Assembly: GCF_001677475.2 (NCBI RefSeq)
Contig: NZ_CP015229.1
Source of the DNA: Escherichia coli
GTDB taxonomy: Bacteria; Pseudomonadota; Gammaproteobacteria; Enterobacterales; Enterobacteriaceae
Strand: one strand, 5' to 3'
DNA: 64,000 nucleotides
In this document: positions 1-12,531 of the stretch, in pieces
Layout of the letters: each line of letters opens with the position of its first letter
Position numbering within the stretch: position 1 is the first letter of the stretch
Program-made: the position numbers and the translations under genes
The notes under the pieces: model-generated
The model's database searches: none
The model's input: the letters and a program-made list of their open reading frames with translations, nothing else
What the model was told of the DNA's origin: nothing

Positions 1-65
1 AGCCTCCTGAATAGTGATGCTGAATAACATAACCCCATGATATATCGATAAAATAATCTCTACAT

Positions 66-1109
66 TTGAAAATGCACGGTAATTCTGAAATGCAAAAAAT
101 CAACCAAACCAGCGCAATGCCTGAAAAAACTGACGTTCACTGGAGTGGTCGGTTTAGCGTTGCACCAATGCTCGACTGGACGGACAGACATTGCCGCTAT
201 TTCTTGCGTCTGCTTTCCCGCAATACGCTGCTGTATACCGAAATGGTGACCACAGGGGCGATTATTCACGGTAAAGGTGATTACCTGGCGTACAGTGAAG
301 AAGAACATCCGGTAGCGTTGCAACTCGGCGGTAGCGATCCGGCGGCGCTGGCACAGTGTGCGAAGCTGGCAGAAGCGCGCGGATATGATGAGATCAACCT
401 GAATGTCGGCTGCCCGTCTGACCGGGTGCAGAACGGCATGTTTGGTGCGTGTCTGATGGGTAATGCGCAGCTGGTTGCCGACTGCGTGAAAGCGATGCGC
501 GATGTGGTGTCGATTCCGGTGACGGTGAAAACGCGTATTGGCATCGACGACCAGGACAGCTATGAATTTCTCTGCGATTTCATCAATACCGTTTCCGGTA
601 AAGGCGAGTGTGAGATGTTCATCATCCACGCACGTAAAGCCTGGCTTTCTGGGTTAAGCCCGAAAGAAAACCGTGAAATCCCGCCGCTCGATTATCCGCG
701 TGTGTATCAACTGAAGCGTGACTTTCCGCATCTGACGATGTCGATTAACGGTGGCATCAAGTCGCTGGAAGAGGCTAAAGCGCATTTGCAACATATGGAT
801 GGCGTGATGGTCGGGCGCGAAGCGTATCAGAATCCAGGCATTCTGGCGGCGGTAGACCGAGAGATCTTTGGTTCTTCGGATACCGATGCCGATCCGGTGG
901 CGGTGGTGCGTGCCATGTATCCGTACATTGAGCGTGAACTCAGCCAGGGGACGTATCTCGGCCATATTACCCGGCATATGCTGGGCTTGTTCCAGGGTAT
1001 TCCTGGCGCGCGGCAGTGGCGGCGTTATTTAAGTGAAAATGCCCATAAAGCGGGTGCAGACATTAATGTGCTGGAACACGCGCTCAAACTGGTGGCGGAT
1101 AAGCGTTAA
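66..1109 (+). CDS. dusA: tRNA-dihydrouridine synthase A; start may be ATG at 72
   Basis: 347-aa ORF with Dus-family TIM-barrel motifs (FMN-binding region, catalytic Cys in NVGCPS); position upstream of pspG matches K-12 synteny. Confidence 0.9.
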   Translation: MKMHGNSEMQKINQTSAMPEKTDVHWSGRFSVAPMLDWTDRHCRYFLRLLSRNTLLYTEMVTTGAIIHGKGDYLAYSEEEHPVALQLGGSDPAALAQCAKLAEARGYDEINLNVGCPSDRVQNGMFGACLMGNAQLVADCVKAMRDVVSIPVTVKTRIGIDDQDSYEFLCDFINTVSGKGECEMFIIHARKAWLSGLSPKENREIPPLDYPRVYQLKRDFPHLTMSINGGIKSLEEAKAHLQHMDGVMVGREAYQNPGILAAVDREIFGSSDTDADPVAVVRAMYPYIERELSQGTYLGHITRHMLGLFQGIPGARQWRRYLSENAHKAGADINVLEHALKLVADKR

Positions 1110-1191
1110 CTTTTCACCAAAAAGTAGTCAAATTAACCACGCCCTGCGCACCGTCGCGGGGCGTTTTGCTGTTAAATCAACAGATTATTTT

Positions 1192-1207
1192 TGGCATGAT
1201 TCTTGTA
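1192..1207 (+). promoter_or_regulatory. putative sigma-54 (-24/-12) promoter for pspG
   Basis: TGGCAT-N5-TTGTA about 35 bp upstream of the pspG ATG; pspG is a known PspF/sigma-54 regulon member. Confidence 0.45.
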
Positions 1208-1242
1208 ATGCCAGCAAGAGATTTCATATTTGGGAGAGCATC

Positions 1243-1485
1243 ATGCTGGAACTACTTTTTGTGATTGGCTTTTTTGTCATGCTGATGGTCACCGGCGTTT
1301 CGTTGCTGGGCATTATCGCCGCGCTGGTTGTGGCGACGGCCATTATGTTCCTCGGCGGTATGCTGGCATTGATGATTAAGTTGCTGCCGTGGTTACTACT
1401 GGCGATTGCGGTGGTGTGGGTTATTAAGGCGATTAAAGCACCAAAAGTGCCGAAATATCAGCGTTATGACCGCTGGCGTTACTAA
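1243..1485 (+). CDS. pspG: phage shock protein G, small inner-membrane protein
   Basis: 80-aa ORF MLELLFVIGFF...QRYDRWRY, two hydrophobic helices; matches PspG. Confidence 0.9.
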   Translation: MLELLFVIGFFVMLMVTGVSLLGIIAALVVATAIMFLGGMLALMIKLLPWLLLAIAVVWVIKAIKAPKVPKYQRYDRWRY

Positions 1486-1621
1486 TGGATTGTGCGGATG
1501 ATCACAACCTAAGGTTTTATCCTTAGAACAAAATAGGAATTGATAATCAAATCTGTCACTATTGCGCCTCTAACAGATTCATCGTGCTGTACCCTACATA
1601 CAGCCGAACTATAAAAAGAAA

Positions 1622-1652
1622 GGGCTTCCCAGGTGGAAGCCCTATTTCTTTT
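1622..1652. terminator. bidirectional rho-independent terminator (qor 3-prime end)
   Basis: perfect stem GGGCTTCC-AGGT-GGAAGCCC flanked by T-rich runs on both strands, immediately downstream of qor stop. Confidence 0.7.
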
Positions 1653-2634
1653 ATGGAATCAACAGGCTGGAACCTTGCGTCGCCCGGCTTTCCAGAATCT
1701 CATGCGCACGCTGTGCATCCTTAAGCGGATATTTCTGCTGCTCGGCGACATCGACCTTAATCACACCGCTGGCAATCAAAGAGAACAGTTCATTACTGGC
1801 CTCGGTTAATTCCTCCCGCGTGGTGATATAGCCTTGCAGGGAAGGGCGTGTCACATACAACGAGCCTTTCTGATTGAGAATGCCTAAGTTCACACCGGTA
1901 ACCGCACCTGATGAGTTGCCAAAGCTCACCATTAAGCCGCGGCGTTGCAGGCAATCCAGCGACCGTTCCCAGGTGTCTCTGCCCACGGAATCGTACACCA
2001 CGCGCACTTTCTTACCAGCGGTGATCTCTTTCAATCGCTCGACCAGATTCTCTTCACGATAGTTAATAACCTGCCACGCGCCGGCTTTTAGCGCGCTCTG
2101 CGCTTTTTGCGCGGTTCCTACGGTGCCGATAAGTTTCGCGCCCAGGGCTTTTGCCCACTGGCAGGCAATCAAGCCAACGCCGCCAGCCGCTGCGTGGAAC
2201 AGGAACTGCTCATCGGGTTTAATTTCATAGGTTTTGCGCAGCAGATAATAAACCGTTAAGCCTTTCAGGAAGGATGCCGCAGCTTGCTCAAAAGAAATTG
2301 CCGCAGGCAGAATCGCCGCTTTATCCGCATTAATGTTATGCACAGAGCTGTAAGCGCCTAACGCCGACTGCGCATAGACTACACGATCGCCAGCCTTAAT
2401 ATGCTTTACACCACTGCCGACTTTACTCACGATGCCTGCCGCTTCGGTACCTAATCCGCTGGGTAGTGATGGCGGCGGGTAAAGGCCGCTGCGGATATAC
2501 GTGTCGATAAAATTGATGCCGATGGCTTTATTTTCGACCTGGATTTCATTCTCTGCCGGATCGGCAGGAGTGAACTCTACGGCTTGAAGTACTTCCGGGC
2601 CACCGTGCTTGTGAAATTCAATTCGTGTTGCCAT
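1651..2634 (-). CDS. qor: NADPH:quinone oxidoreductase (zeta-crystallin family)
   Basis: 327 aa from MATRIEFHKHGGPEVLQ; MDR-family nucleotide-binding motif AAAGGVG; ORF-track ORF extends further upstream in frame. Confidence 0.9.
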   Translation of the reverse strand: MATRIEFHKHGGPEVLQAVEFTPADPAENEIQVENKAIGINFIDTYIRSGLYPPPSLPSGLGTEAAGIVSKVGSGVKHIKAGDRVVYAQSALGAYSSVHNINADKAAILPAAISFEQAAASFLKGLTVYYLLRKTYEIKPDEQFLFHAAAGGVGLIACQWAKALGAKLIGTVGTAQKAQSALKAGAWQVINYREENLVERLKEITAGKKVRVVYDSVGRDTWERSLDCLQRRGLMVSFGNSSGAVTGVNLGILNQKGSLYVTRPSLQGYITTREELTEASNELFSLIASGVIKVDVAEQQKYPLKDAQRAHEILESRATQGSSLLIP

Positions 2635-2716
2635 GTGTCCTCCAGAACGTATCGTCAGGGTCTGCTTCATATGGTAAAGTTTCGACCCATTCTTTATCTC
2701 GGTAACTCCATTCACT

Positions 2717-4132
2717 ATGGCAGGAAATAAACCCTTCAACAAACAGCAGGCTGAACCCCGCGAACGCGATCCACAAGTTGCCGGGCTGAAAGTGCCTCCG
2801 CACTCGATCGAAGCGGAGCAGTCGGTGTTGGGCGGTTTAATGCTGGATAACGAACGCTGGGACGATGTAGCCGAGCGTGTGGTGGCAGACGATTTTTACA
2901 CCCGCCCACACCGCCATATCTTTACTGAAATGGCGCGTTTACAGGAAAGCGGTAGTCCTATCGATCTGATTACCCTTGCGGAATCGCTGGAACGCCAGGG
3001 GCAACTCGATAGCGTCGGTGGATTTGCTTATCTGGCAGAACTGTCAAAAAATACGCCAAGTGCGGCGAACATCAGTGCTTATGCTGACATCGTGCGTGAA
3101 CGTGCCGTTGTTCGCGAGATGATCTCGGTTGCGAATGAGATTGCCGAAGCCGGTTTTGATCCACAGGGGCGCACCAGCGAAGATCTGCTGGACCTGGCTG
3201 AATCCCGCGTCTTTAAAATTGCCGAAAGTCGTGCAAACAAAGACGAAGGCCCGAAGAACATCGCCGATGTGCTCGACGCCACCGTGGCGCGTATTGAGCA
3301 GTTGTTTCAGCAGCCACACGATGGCGTTACCGGGGTAAACACCGGTTATGACGATCTCAACAAAAAAACCGCTGGCTTGCAGCCGTCGGATTTGATCATC
3401 GTCGCCGCGCGTCCGTCGATGGGTAAAACGACATTTGCGATGAACCTCGTCGAAAACGCGGCGATGTTGCAGGATAAACCGGTACTTATCTTCTCGCTGG
3501 AGATGCCATCAGAACAGATTATGATGCGTTCTCTGGCGTCGCTGTCGCGCGTTGACCAGACTAAAATCCGTACCGGGCAGCTCGATGATGAAGACTGGGC
3601 GCGCATTTCCGGCACCATGGGTATTTTGCTCGAAAAACGTAATATCTATATCGATGACTCCTCCGGCCTGACGCCAACGGAAGTGCGTTCCCGCGCGCGC
3701 CGTATTGCCCGTGAACACGGCGGCATCGGGCTTATCATGATCGACTACCTGCAACTGATGCGCGTACCGGCGCTTTCCGATAACCGTACGCTGGAAATTG
3801 CAGAAATCTCCCGCTCGCTGAAAGCACTGGCGAAAGAACTGAACGTGCCGGTGGTGGCGCTGTCCCAGTTGAACCGTTCTCTGGAACAACGTGCCGACAA
3901 ACGTCCGGTCAACTCTGACCTGCGTGAATCTGGCTCTATCGAGCAGGATGCGGACTTGATCATGTTTATCTATCGTGATGAGGTGTATCACGAAAACAGT
4001 GATTTAAAAGGCATCGCGGAAATTATTATCGGTAAACAACGTAACGGCCCAATCGGGACGGTACGCCTGACCTTTAACGGTCAATGGTCGCGCTTCGACA
4101 ACTATGCGGGGCCGCAGTACGACGACGAATAA
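2717..4132 (+). CDS. dnaB: replicative DNA helicase
   Basis: 471 aa; Walker A GKTTF, RecA-like C-terminal domain; size identical to E. coli DnaB. Confidence 0.95.
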   Translation: MAGNKPFNKQQAEPRERDPQVAGLKVPPHSIEAEQSVLGGLMLDNERWDDVAERVVADDFYTRPHRHIFTEMARLQESGSPIDLITLAESLERQGQLDSVGGFAYLAELSKNTPSAANISAYADIVRERAVVREMISVANEIAEAGFDPQGRTSEDLLDLAESRVFKIAESRANKDEGPKNIADVLDATVARIEQLFQQPHDGVTGVNTGYDDLNKKTAGLQPSDLIIVAARPSMGKTTFAMNLVENAAMLQDKPVLIFSLEMPSEQIMMRSLASLSRVDQTKIRTGQLDDEDWARISGTMGILLEKRNIYIDDSSGLTPTEVRSRARRIAREHGGIGLIMIDYLQLMRVPALSDNRTLEIAEISRSLKALAKELNVPVVALSQLNRSLEQRADKRPVNSDLRESGSIEQDADLIMFIYRDEVYHENSDLKGIAEIIIGKQRNGPIGTVRLTFNGQWSRFDNYAGPQYDDE

Positions 4133-4184
4133 TAATTATTTTATGAATTAGGTAATTAAAGCAAACACTTATCAAGGAACACAA

Positions 4185-5264
4185 ATGCAAGCGGCAACTG
4201 TTGTGATTAACCGCCGCGCTCTGCGACACAACCTGCAACGTCTTCGTGAACTGGCTCCTGCCAGTAAAATGGTTGCGGTGGTGAAAGCGAACGCTTATGG
4301 TCACGGTCTTCTTGAGACCGCGCGAACGCTCCCCGATGCTGACGCCTTTGGCGTAGCCCGTCTCGAAGAAGCTCTGCGACTGCGTGCGGGGGGAATCACC
4401 AAACCTGTACTGTTACTCGAAGGCTTTTTTGATGCCAGAGATCTGCCGACGATTTCTGCGCAACATTTTCATACCGCTGTGCATAACGAAGAACAGCTTG
4501 CTGCGCTGGAAGAGGCTAGCCTGGACGAGCCGGTTACCGTCTGGATGAAACTCGATACGGGTATGCACCGTCTGGGCGTAAGGCCGGAACAGGCTGAGGC
4601 GTTTTATCATCGCCTGACACAGTGCAAAAACGTTCGTCAGCCGGTGAATATCGTCAGCCATTTTGCGCGCGCGGATGAACCAAAATGCGGCGCAACCGAG
4701 AAACAACTCGCTATCTTTAATACCTTTTGCGAAGGCAAACCTGGTCAACGTTCCATTGCCGCATCGGGTGGCATTTTACTCTGGCCACAGTCGCATTTTG
4801 ACTGGGTGCGCCCGGGCATTATTCTTTACGGTGTATCTCCGCTGGAAGATCGCTCCACCGGTGCCGATTTTGGCTGTCAGCCAGTGATGTCACTAACCTC
4901 CAGCCTGATTGCCGTGCGTGAGCATAAAGCCGGAGAACCTGTTGGTTATGGTGGAACCTGGGTAAGCGAACGTGATACCCGTCTTGGCGTAGTCGCGATG
5001 GGCTATGGCGATGGTTATCCGCGCGCCGCGCCGTCCGGTACGCCAGTGCTGGTGAACGGTCGCGAAGTGCCGATTGTCGGGCGCGTGGCGATGGATATGA
5101 TCTGCGTAGACTTAGGTCCACAGGCGCAGGATAAAGCCGGGGACCAGGTCATTTTGTGGGGTGAAGGTTTGCCCGTAGAACGTATCGCTGAAATGACAAA
5201 AGTGAGCGCTTACGAACTTATCACGCGCCTGACCTCAAGAGTCGCGATGAAATACGTGGATTAA
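4185..5264 (+). CDS. alr: alanine racemase, biosynthetic
   Basis: 359 aa; PLP-lysine motif [10 protein letters not shown]; located directly downstream of dnaB as in E. coli. Confidence 0.95.
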   Translation: MQAATVVINRRALRHNLQRLRELAPASKMVAVVKANAYGHGLLETARTLPDADAFGVARLEEALRLRAGGITKPVLLLEGFFDARDLPTISAQHFHTAVHNEEQLAALEEASLDEPVTVWMKLDTGMHRLGVRPEQAEAFYHRLTQCKNVRQPVNIVSHFARADEPKCGATEKQLAIFNTFCEGKPGQRSIAASGGILLWPQSHFDWVRPGIILYGVSPLEDRSTGADFGCQPVMSLTSSLIAVREHKAGEPVGYGGTWVSERDTRLGVVAMGYGDGYPRAAPSGTPVLVNGREVPIVGRVAMDMICVDLGPQAQDKAGDQVILWGEGLPVERIAEMTKVSAYELITRLTSRVAMKYVD

Positions 5265-5288
5265 TCGTTCTGTAATATTTGATTGTCT

Positions 5289-5322
5289 GTGCCGGATGCG
5301 GCGTGAATGCCTTATCCGGCCA
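5289..5322. repeat. REP (repetitive extragenic palindrome) element
   Basis: GCCGGATGCGGCGTGAATGCCTTATCCGGC imperfect palindrome typical of E. coli REP. Confidence 0.75.
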
Positions 5323-5516
5323 ATAAAATCTTACTAATTCAATAAGTTGATATTCTTTCATGCTCTTATAAAGGTCGTGCATCTGGCGGATGTACGTTTG
5401 TCATGAGTCTCACTCTGTTGCTAATTGCCGCTCGCCCCTGAACATCCTCTCGATCTTCGCCTTCTTCCGGTTTATTGTGTTTTAACCACCTGCCCGTAAA
5501 CCTGGAGAACCATCGC

Positions 5517-6710
5517 GTGTTTCAAAAAGTTGACGCCTACGCTGGCGACCCGATTCTTACGCTTATGGAGCGTTTTAAAGAAGACCCTCGCAGCGACAAA
5601 GTGAATTTAAGTATCGGTCTGTACTACAACGAAGACGGAATTATTCCACAACTGAAAGCCGTGGCGGAGGCGGAAGCGCGCCTGAATGCGCAGCCTCATG
5701 GCGCTTCGCTTTATTTACCGATGGAAGGGCTTAACAGCTATCGCCATGCCATTGCGCCGCTACTGTTTGGTGCGGACCATCCGGTACTGCAACAACAGCG
5801 CGTAGCAACCATTCAAACCCTTGGCGGCTCAGGGGCATTGAAAGTGGGCGCAGATTTCCTGAAACGCTACTTCCCGGAATCAGGCGTCTGGGTCAGCGAT
5901 CCTACCTGGGAAAACCACGTAGCAATATTCGCCGGGGCTGGATTCGAAGTAAGTACTTACCCCTGGTATGACGAAGCGACTAACGGCGTGCGCTTTAATG
6001 ACCTGTTGGCGACGCTGAAAACATTACCTGCCCGCAGTATTGTGTTGCTGCACCCATGTTGCCACAACCCAACGGGGGCCGATCTCACTAATGATCAGTG
6101 GGATGCGGTGATTGAAATTCTCAAAGCCCGCGAGCTTATCCCATTCCTTGATATTGCCTATCAAGGATTTGGTGCCGGTATGGAAGAGGATGCCTACGCC
6201 ATTCGCGCCATTGCCAGCGCTGGATTACCCGCTCTGGTGAGCAATTCGTTCTCGAAAATTTTCTCCCTTTACGGCGAGCGCGTCGGCGGACTTTCTGTTA
6301 TGTGTGAAGATGCCGAAGCCGCTGGCCGCGTACTGGGGCAATTGAAAGCAACAGTTCGCCGCAACTACTCCAGCCCGCCGAATTTTGGTGCGCAGGTGGT
6401 GGCTGCGGTGCTGAATGACGAGGCATTGAAAGCCAACTGGCTGGCGGAAGTAGAAGAGATGCGTACTCGCATTCTGGCGATGCGTCAGGAACTGGTGAAG
6501 GTATTGAGCACAGAGATACCAGAACGCAATTTCGATTATCTGCTTAATCAGCGCGGTATGTTCAGTTATACCGGTTTAAGTGCCGCTCAGGTTGACCGAC
6601 TACGTGAAGAATTTGGTGTCTATCTCATCGCCAGCGGTCGCATGTGTGTCGCCGGGTTAAATACGGCAAATGTACAACGTGTGGCAAAGGCGTTTGCTGC
6701 GGTGATGTAA
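5517..6710 (+). CDS. tyrB: aromatic amino acid aminotransferase, GTG start
   Basis: 397 aa from [13 protein letters not shown] with GGAGAA RBS 8 bp upstream; class I aminotransferase PLP-lysine region [14 protein letters not shown]. Confidence 0.9.
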   Translation: MFQKVDAYAGDPILTLMERFKEDPRSDKVNLSIGLYYNEDGIIPQLKAVAEAEARLNAQPHGASLYLPMEGLNSYRHAIAPLLFGADHPVLQQQRVATIQTLGGSGALKVGADFLKRYFPESGVWVSDPTWENHVAIFAGAGFEVSTYPWYDEATNGVRFNDLLATLKTLPARSIVLLHPCCHNPTGADLTNDQWDAVIEILKARELIPFLDIAYQGFGAGMEEDAYAIRAIASAGLPALVSNSFSKIFSLYGERVGGLSVMCEDAEAAGRVLGQLKATVRRNYSSPPNFGAQVVAAVLNDEALKANWLAEVEEMRTRILAMRQELVKVLSTEIPERNFDYLLNQRGMFSYTGLSAAQVDRLREEFGVYLIASGRMCVAGLNTANVQRVAKAFAAVM

Positions 6711-6729
6711 TGCAGGAAAGCAGGCTGGA

Positions 6730-6756
6730 GTTACCCAGCCTGCAGTGAAATTAAAC
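6730..6756 (+). terminator. hairpin downstream of tyrB (probable terminator)
   Basis: GCAGGCTGG-AGTTAC-CCAGCCTGC stem-loop 20 bp after tyrB stop. Confidence 0.5.
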
Positions 6757-6931
6757 TGTCGTCGCTTTCACTCTTTCTTTGTAGATGATTTTTTTGATGC
6801 CATCGTTCTACGTGAGAGGTAATAAAACGTTGTTAGTTCTAACTTGTTAAGTTTATCCCAATGTTCTGGAGTGCTTTTCCCTGTTTTACCGTGTGGAGTA
6901 ATAATTTCTGCACATCTAACCATTATTAAAT

Positions 6932-7141
6932 TTAATAATAAGTATCGGGTTTGTTACGATAGAATTTTTCTATATCCTCAAGAATATGCTTTGCCTTATT
7001 GCCTGTGACTTTCTGAGATTCAATTATATCATCGTTAAATTCTAAAGTTAATGAGAACTCATTTTTTCCGCTTTGTGTAAGTTTAACATTATATTGCGTC
7101 GTAATTTTTAAATGAATATGTCCTGTAATGAGAATAATCAC
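6932..7141 (-). CDS. small hypothetical protein (possibly yjbS-like); may be the C-terminal fragment of a frameshifted gene
   Basis: 69-aa ORF in AT-rich DNA; overlaps out of frame with the upstream 122-aa ORF. Confidence 0.35.
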   Translation of the reverse strand: MIILITGHIHLKITTQYNVKLTQSGKNEFSLTLEFNDDIIESQKVTGNKAKHILEDIEKFYRNKPDTYY

Positions 7142-7457
7142 TTTTAGTTACCTCAGCAAAACAGCAAAGTGTGCAAATATACATACAATCTTTCTTACCC
7201 CTGATTTTGTTAACTAAATCAATAAATGCGTGAAAAAGTTTATTTGCAATAGAACTTGATGCTTCTTCTCCAGGTCTACAAAAATCTTTTGCAATTTTTA
7301 ACTGTGTTTCTATATATAAAAAGAGATCTTTGGCATAAGAGAAATCTTTATTATTTAGTGCATCTAGCTCAACAGGTAAAGATGTCGTTTTGTTGCTATT
7401 CACATATGATATATTCATATCATCATCTCCATCGGGAGTAATAAAATTAATCACCAT
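7089..7457 (-). pseudogene. AT-rich ORF that may be the N-terminal part of a frameshift-disrupted gene
   Basis: 122-aa ORF overlapping 6932..7141 by 53 nt in a different frame on the same strand; low GC compared with flanks. Confidence 0.3.
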
Positions 7458-7540
7458 TGTTGGGTAAGCGGCTGGTCAATCAGAAATCATCTTTATAAAC
7501 TTCGATTGTTTTTGTAATGCTGTATCATTAAGTTCATTAA

Positions 7541-8533
<993 letters not shown>

Positions 8534-8538
8534 CAGAG

Positions 8539-8576
8539 CGGGAGAGCGTGATGCTCTCCCGAATGCTGTTTTTTTA
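8539..8576 (+). terminator. rho-independent terminator of aphA
   Basis: CGGGAGAGC-GTGAT-GCTCTCCCG hairpin followed by TGTTTTTTT. Confidence 0.8.
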
Positions 8577-8643
8577 ATCACACCTTTATCCTTTCGCTGT
8601 CTTGCTGCAAACTGATTAAGAGAGTTTTATCAAGGAGCAGCAC

Positions 8644-9060
8644 ATGTGGTATCAAAAGACGCTCACGCTTAGCGCCAAATCTCGTGGGTTTCATCTGGTA
8701 ACGGATGAAATTCTGAATCAGCTGGCTGATATGCCGCGCGTTAACATCGGCTTACTGCATCTGTTGCTGCAACATACCTCCGCCTCTCTGACACTTAATG
8801 AGAACTGCGATCCCACCGTACGCCACGACATGGAGCGTTTTTTCCTCCGCACCGTTCCCGACAACGGAAATTATGAGCATGACTATGAGGGAGCAGACGA
8901 TATGCCTTCTCATATCAAATCCTCAATGCTGGGAACATCGCTTGTATTGCCGGTGCATAAAGGGCGTATTCAGACCGGCACCTGGCAAGGCATCTGGCTG
9001 GGGGAACATCGCATCCACGGCGGATCGCGTCGCATCATCGCGACACTACAAGGGGAGTAA
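8644..9060 (+). CDS. yjbQ: UPF0047 family protein YjbQ
   Basis: 138-aa ORF; size and position match E. coli yjbQ. Confidence 0.8.
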
Positions 9061-9063
9061 AAA

Positions 9064-9420
9064 ATGACCATTTCGGAGTTGCTACAATATTGCATGGCAA
9101 AACCAGGTGCAGAACAGAGCGTGCATAACGACTGGAAAGCGACGCAGATCAAAGTGGAAGATGTACTGTTTGCGATGGTGAAAGAAGTAGAAAATCGCCC
9201 CGCTGTTTCGCTGAAAACCAGCCCGGAGCTGGCGGAGCTGCTACGTCAGCAGCACAGCGATGTGCGTCCAAGCCGCCATCTGAATAAAGCGCACTGGAGC
9301 ACCGTGTATCTCGACGGTTCGCTGCCAGATTCGCAAATCTATTATCTGGTGGATGCGTCTTATCAGCAGGCGGTGAATTTGCTGCCGGAAGAAAAACGTA
9401 AATTGCTGGTGCAACTCTGA
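9064..9420 (+). CDS. yjbR: uncharacterised protein YjbR
   Basis: 118-aa ORF starting 4 bp after yjbQ stop; synteny with K-12. Confidence 0.8.
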   Translation: MTISELLQYCMAKPGAEQSVHNDWKATQIKVEDVLFAMVKEVENRPAVSLKTSPELAELLRQQHSDVRPSRHLNKAHWSTVYLDGSLPDSQIYYLVDASYQQAVNLLPEEKRKLLVQL

Positions 9421-9427
9421 AAGGAAA

Positions 9428-9449
9428 AGGCCGCTCAGAAAGCGGCCTT
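9428..9449. terminator. bidirectional hairpin terminator between yjbR and uvrA
   Basis: AAGGCCGCT-CAGAA-AGCGGCCTT perfect stem in 34-bp convergent intergenic gap. Confidence 0.7.
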
Positions 9450-9454
9450 AACGA

Positions 9455-12277
9455 TTACAGCATCGGCTTGAGGAAGCGTGCCGTATGCGAAGCTTCGCAC
9501 TCTGCGACGGTTTCTGGCGTACCGGAGACGAGGATCTCGCCGCCCCCACTGCCGCCTTCCGGTCCCAGGTCGACAATCCAGTCAGCGGTTTTGATCACGT
9601 CGAGATTGTGCTCAATCACCACAATGGTATTGCCCTGATCGCGCAGTTTATGCAGTACGTCGAGCAGTTGCTGAATATCGGCGAAGTGCAGACCGGTGGT
9701 CGGCTCGTCGAGAATATACAGCGTCTGCCCAGTGCCGCGTTTTGACAGCTCACGCGCCAGCTTCACGCGCTGGGCTTCACCACCAGAAAGCGTGGTTGCG
9801 GACTGCCCGAGGCGAATGTACGTCAGGCCAACGTCCATCAACGTTTGCAGCTTACGCGCCAGAGCTGGCACCGCATCAAAGAACTCACGCGCCTCTTCGA
9901 TGGTCATATCCAGCACTTCGTGGATGGTTTTGCCTTTGTACTTAATCTCCAGCGTTTCACGGTTATAGCGTTTGCCTTTGCACTGGTCGCACGGTACGTA
10001 GATATCCGGCAGGAAGTGCATCTCCACTTTGATCACACCGTCGCCCTGACAGGCTTCGCAGCGTCCGCCACGGACGTTAAAGCTGAAACGTCCTGGCGTA
10101 TAACCGCGCGCACGGGATTCCGGTACGCCCGCAAACAGTTCGCGCACAGGCGTAAACACGCCGGTATAGGTCGCCGGGTTAGAACGCGGAGTACGACCAA
10201 TTGGGCTTTGGTCGATATCGATCACTTTATCGAAATGCTCCAGCCCCTGAATATCGCGATACGGTGCCGGTTCGGCAATGGTCGCACCATTCAACTGGCG
10301 TTGGGCAATCGGGAACAGTGTGTCGTTAATCAGCGTCGATTTACCGGAACCTGAAACCCCTGTGATGCAGGTAAACAGACCGACTGGTAGCGTCAGCGTC
10401 ACGTCTTTCAGGTTATTACCGCGTGCGCCTGTCAGCTTCAGCACTTTTTCCGGATTCGCCGGAACGCGTTTCTTCGGCACCTCAATCTTGCGTTTACCGC
10501 TCATGTACTGCCCGGTCAACGACTCAGGCACCGCCATAATCGCTTCCAGTGGACCTTCCGCGACCACTTCACCGCCGTGAACACCCGCACCAGGACCGAT
10601 ATCGATCACATGGTCAGCGGCGCGAATCGCGTCTTCGTCGTGCTCCACCACAATCACGGTATTACCGAGATCGCGCAGATGGATAAGCGTACCCAACAGG
10701 CGCTCGTTATCGCGCTGGTGCAGGCCGATAGACGGCTCGTCCAGTACATACATTACGCCAACCAAGCCCGCACCAATCTGGCTCGCCAGACGAATACGCT
10801 GGGCTTCACCGCCAGAAAGTGTTTCTGCCGAGCGGGAAAGTGTCAGGTAATTCAGGCCGACGTTAACGAGGAATTTCAGGCGATCACCAATCTCTTTAAG
10901 GATTTTTTCCGCAATCTTCGCCCGCTGACCTGCGAGTTTGAGATTGTTGAAGAATTCCATCGCATGACCGATGCTCATGTCGGAGATAGCAGGTAGCGGC
11001 GTATTCTCGACATAAACGTGGCGCGCTTCCCGACGCAGACGCGTCCCTTCGCAGCTGGCGCACGGACGATTGCTGATAAACTTGGCTAATTCTTCACGTA
11101 CCGCACTGGATTCCGTCTCTTTATAACGGCGCTCCATATTGTGCAGCACGCCTTCGAACGGATGACGACGAATGGAGGTATCGCCACGATCGTTCATGTA
11201 TTTGAATTCAATATTTTCTTTGCCAGAACCGTACAACACCACTTTATGCACATTCGCGCTCAGGCTGCCCCACGGCGCTTCGACGTCGAACTTATAGTGA
11301 TCTGCCAGCGATTTCAGCATCTGGAAGTAATAGAAGTTGCGGCGATCCCAGCCTCGGATCGCACCACCTGCCAGCGACAGTTCCGGATTCTGGATCACGC
11401 GGTCAGGATCGAAATATTGCTGTACGCCAAGGCCGTCACAGGTCGGGCAGGCACCCGCCGGGTTGTTAAACGAAAACAGGCGTGGTTCCAGTTCACGCAT
11501 ACTGTAGCCGCAAATTGGGCAGGCGAAGTTGGCGGAAAATAGCAGCTCTTCCGCTTTTGGATCGTCCATATCGGCAACTACCGCGGTACCACCGGAAAGC
11601 TCCAGCGCGGTTTCAAACGACTCTGCCAGACGTTGGGTGAGATCGTCACGCACCTTGAAGCGATCAACCACCACTTCAATGGTATGTTTCTTTTGCAGCT
11701 CCAGTTTCGGCGGATCGGAAAGATCGCAGACTTCGCCATCAATACGAGCACGGATGTAACCCTGGCTTGCCAGGTTCTCCAGCGTTTTGGTGTGTTCGCC
11801 TTTGCGCTCTTTAATGATTGGCGCGAGCAGCATCAGACGCTTGCCTTCCGGCTGGGACAACACGTTATCCACCATCTGACTGACGGTTTGCGCCGCCAGC
11901 GGTACATCGTGGTCCGGGCAGCGCGGCTCACCAACGCGAGCGTACAGCAGACGCAAATAGTCGTGGATTTCGGTGATTGTCCCCACCGTAGAGCGCGGGT
12001 TATGAGACGTCGATTTCTGCTCAATTGAGATGGCAGGAGAAAGCCCCTCAATATGGTCGACGTCCGGCTTTTCCATCAGTGACAGAAACTGCCGCGCGTA
12101 GGCGGAAAGGGATTCAACGTAACGGCGCTGCCCTTCGGCATATAAGGTGTCGAAAGCGAGCGAGGATTTGCCAGAACCCGAAAGCCCAGTCACGACAATG
12201 AGCTTGTCGCGGGGGATAACGAGGTTGATGTTTTTGAGATTATGGGTGCGGGCGCCCCGAACTTCGATCTTATCCAT
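9455..12277 (-). CDS. uvrA: excinuclease ABC subunit A
   Basis: 940 aa; two ABC ATPase modules ([10 protein letters not shown] and [10 protein letters not shown] Walker A) with zinc-finger CxxC pairs. Confidence 0.97.
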   Translation of the reverse strand: MDKIEVRGARTHNLKNINLVIPRDKLIVVTGLSGSGKSSLAFDTLYAEGQRRYVESLSAYARQFLSLMEKPDVDHIEGLSPAISIEQKSTSHNPRSTVGTITEIHDYLRLLYARVGEPRCPDHDVPLAAQTVSQMVDNVLSQPEGKRLMLLAPIIKERKGEHTKTLENLASQGYIRARIDGEVCDLSDPPKLELQKKHTIEVVVDRFKVRDDLTQRLAESFETALELSGGTAVVADMDDPKAEELLFSANFACPICGYSMRELEPRLFSFNNPAGACPTCDGLGVQQYFDPDRVIQNPELSLAGGAIRGWDRRNFYYFQMLKSLADHYKFDVEAPWGSLSANVHKVVLYGSGKENIEFKYMNDRGDTSIRRHPFEGVLHNMERRYKETESSAVREELAKFISNRPCASCEGTRLRREARHVYVENTPLPAISDMSIGHAMEFFNNLKLAGQRAKIAEKILKEIGDRLKFLVNVGLNYLTLSRSAETLSGGEAQRIRLASQIGAGLVGVMYVLDEPSIGLHQRDNERLLGTLIHLRDLGNTVIVVEHDEDAIRAADHVIDIGPGAGVHGGEVVAEGPLEAIMAVPESLTGQYMSGKRKIEVPKKRVPANPEKVLKLTGARGNNLKDVTLTLPVGLFTCITGVSGSGKSTLINDTLFPIAQRQLNGATIAEPAPYRDIQGLEHFDKVIDIDQSPIGRTPRSNPATYTGVFTPVRELFAGVPESRARGYTPGRFSFNVRGGRCEACQGDGVIKVEMHFLPDIYVPCDQCKGKRYNRETLEIKYKGKTIHEVLDMTIEEAREFFDAVPALARKLQTLMDVGLTYIRLGQSATTLSGGEAQRVKLARELSKRGTGQTLYILDEPTTGLHFADIQQLLDVLHKLRDQGNTIVVIEHNLDVIKTADWIVDLGPEGGSGGGEILVSGTPETVAECEASHTARFLKPML

Positions 12278-12362
12278 TCACCTTTCCCGGATTAAACGCT
12301 TTTTTGCCCGGTGGCATGGTGCTACCGGCGATCACAAACGGTTAATTATGACACAAATTAAC

Positions 12363-12378
12363 CTGAATGAATATACAG
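12363..12378. promoter_or_regulatory. LexA (SOS) box in the divergent uvrA/ssb promoter region
   Basis: CTGAATGAATATACAG matches CTG-N10-CAG SOS box consensus, about 85 bp upstream of uvrA start. Confidence 0.8.
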
Positions 12379-12531
12379 TATTGGAATGCATTACCCGGAG
12401 TGTTGTGTAACAATGTCTGGCCAGGTTTGTTTCCCGGAACCGAGGTCACAACATAGTAAAAGCGCTATTGGTAATGGTACAATCGCGCGTTTACACTTAT
12501 TCAGAACGATTTTTTTTCAGGAGACACGAAC

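Noticed and set aside
1-1109. Possible integrative element at the 5-prime end of dusA (a known integration hotspot)
   Set aside because: Only 65 bp upstream of dusA is in the window and no integrase or attachment repeat is visible; cannot be assessed here
9485-12410. Multiple 60-170-aa ORFs on the strand opposite uvrA
   Set aside because: They lie entirely inside a well-supported 940-aa gene, have Arg/Ala-rich composition typical of antisense frames in GC-rich coding DNA, and have no RBS
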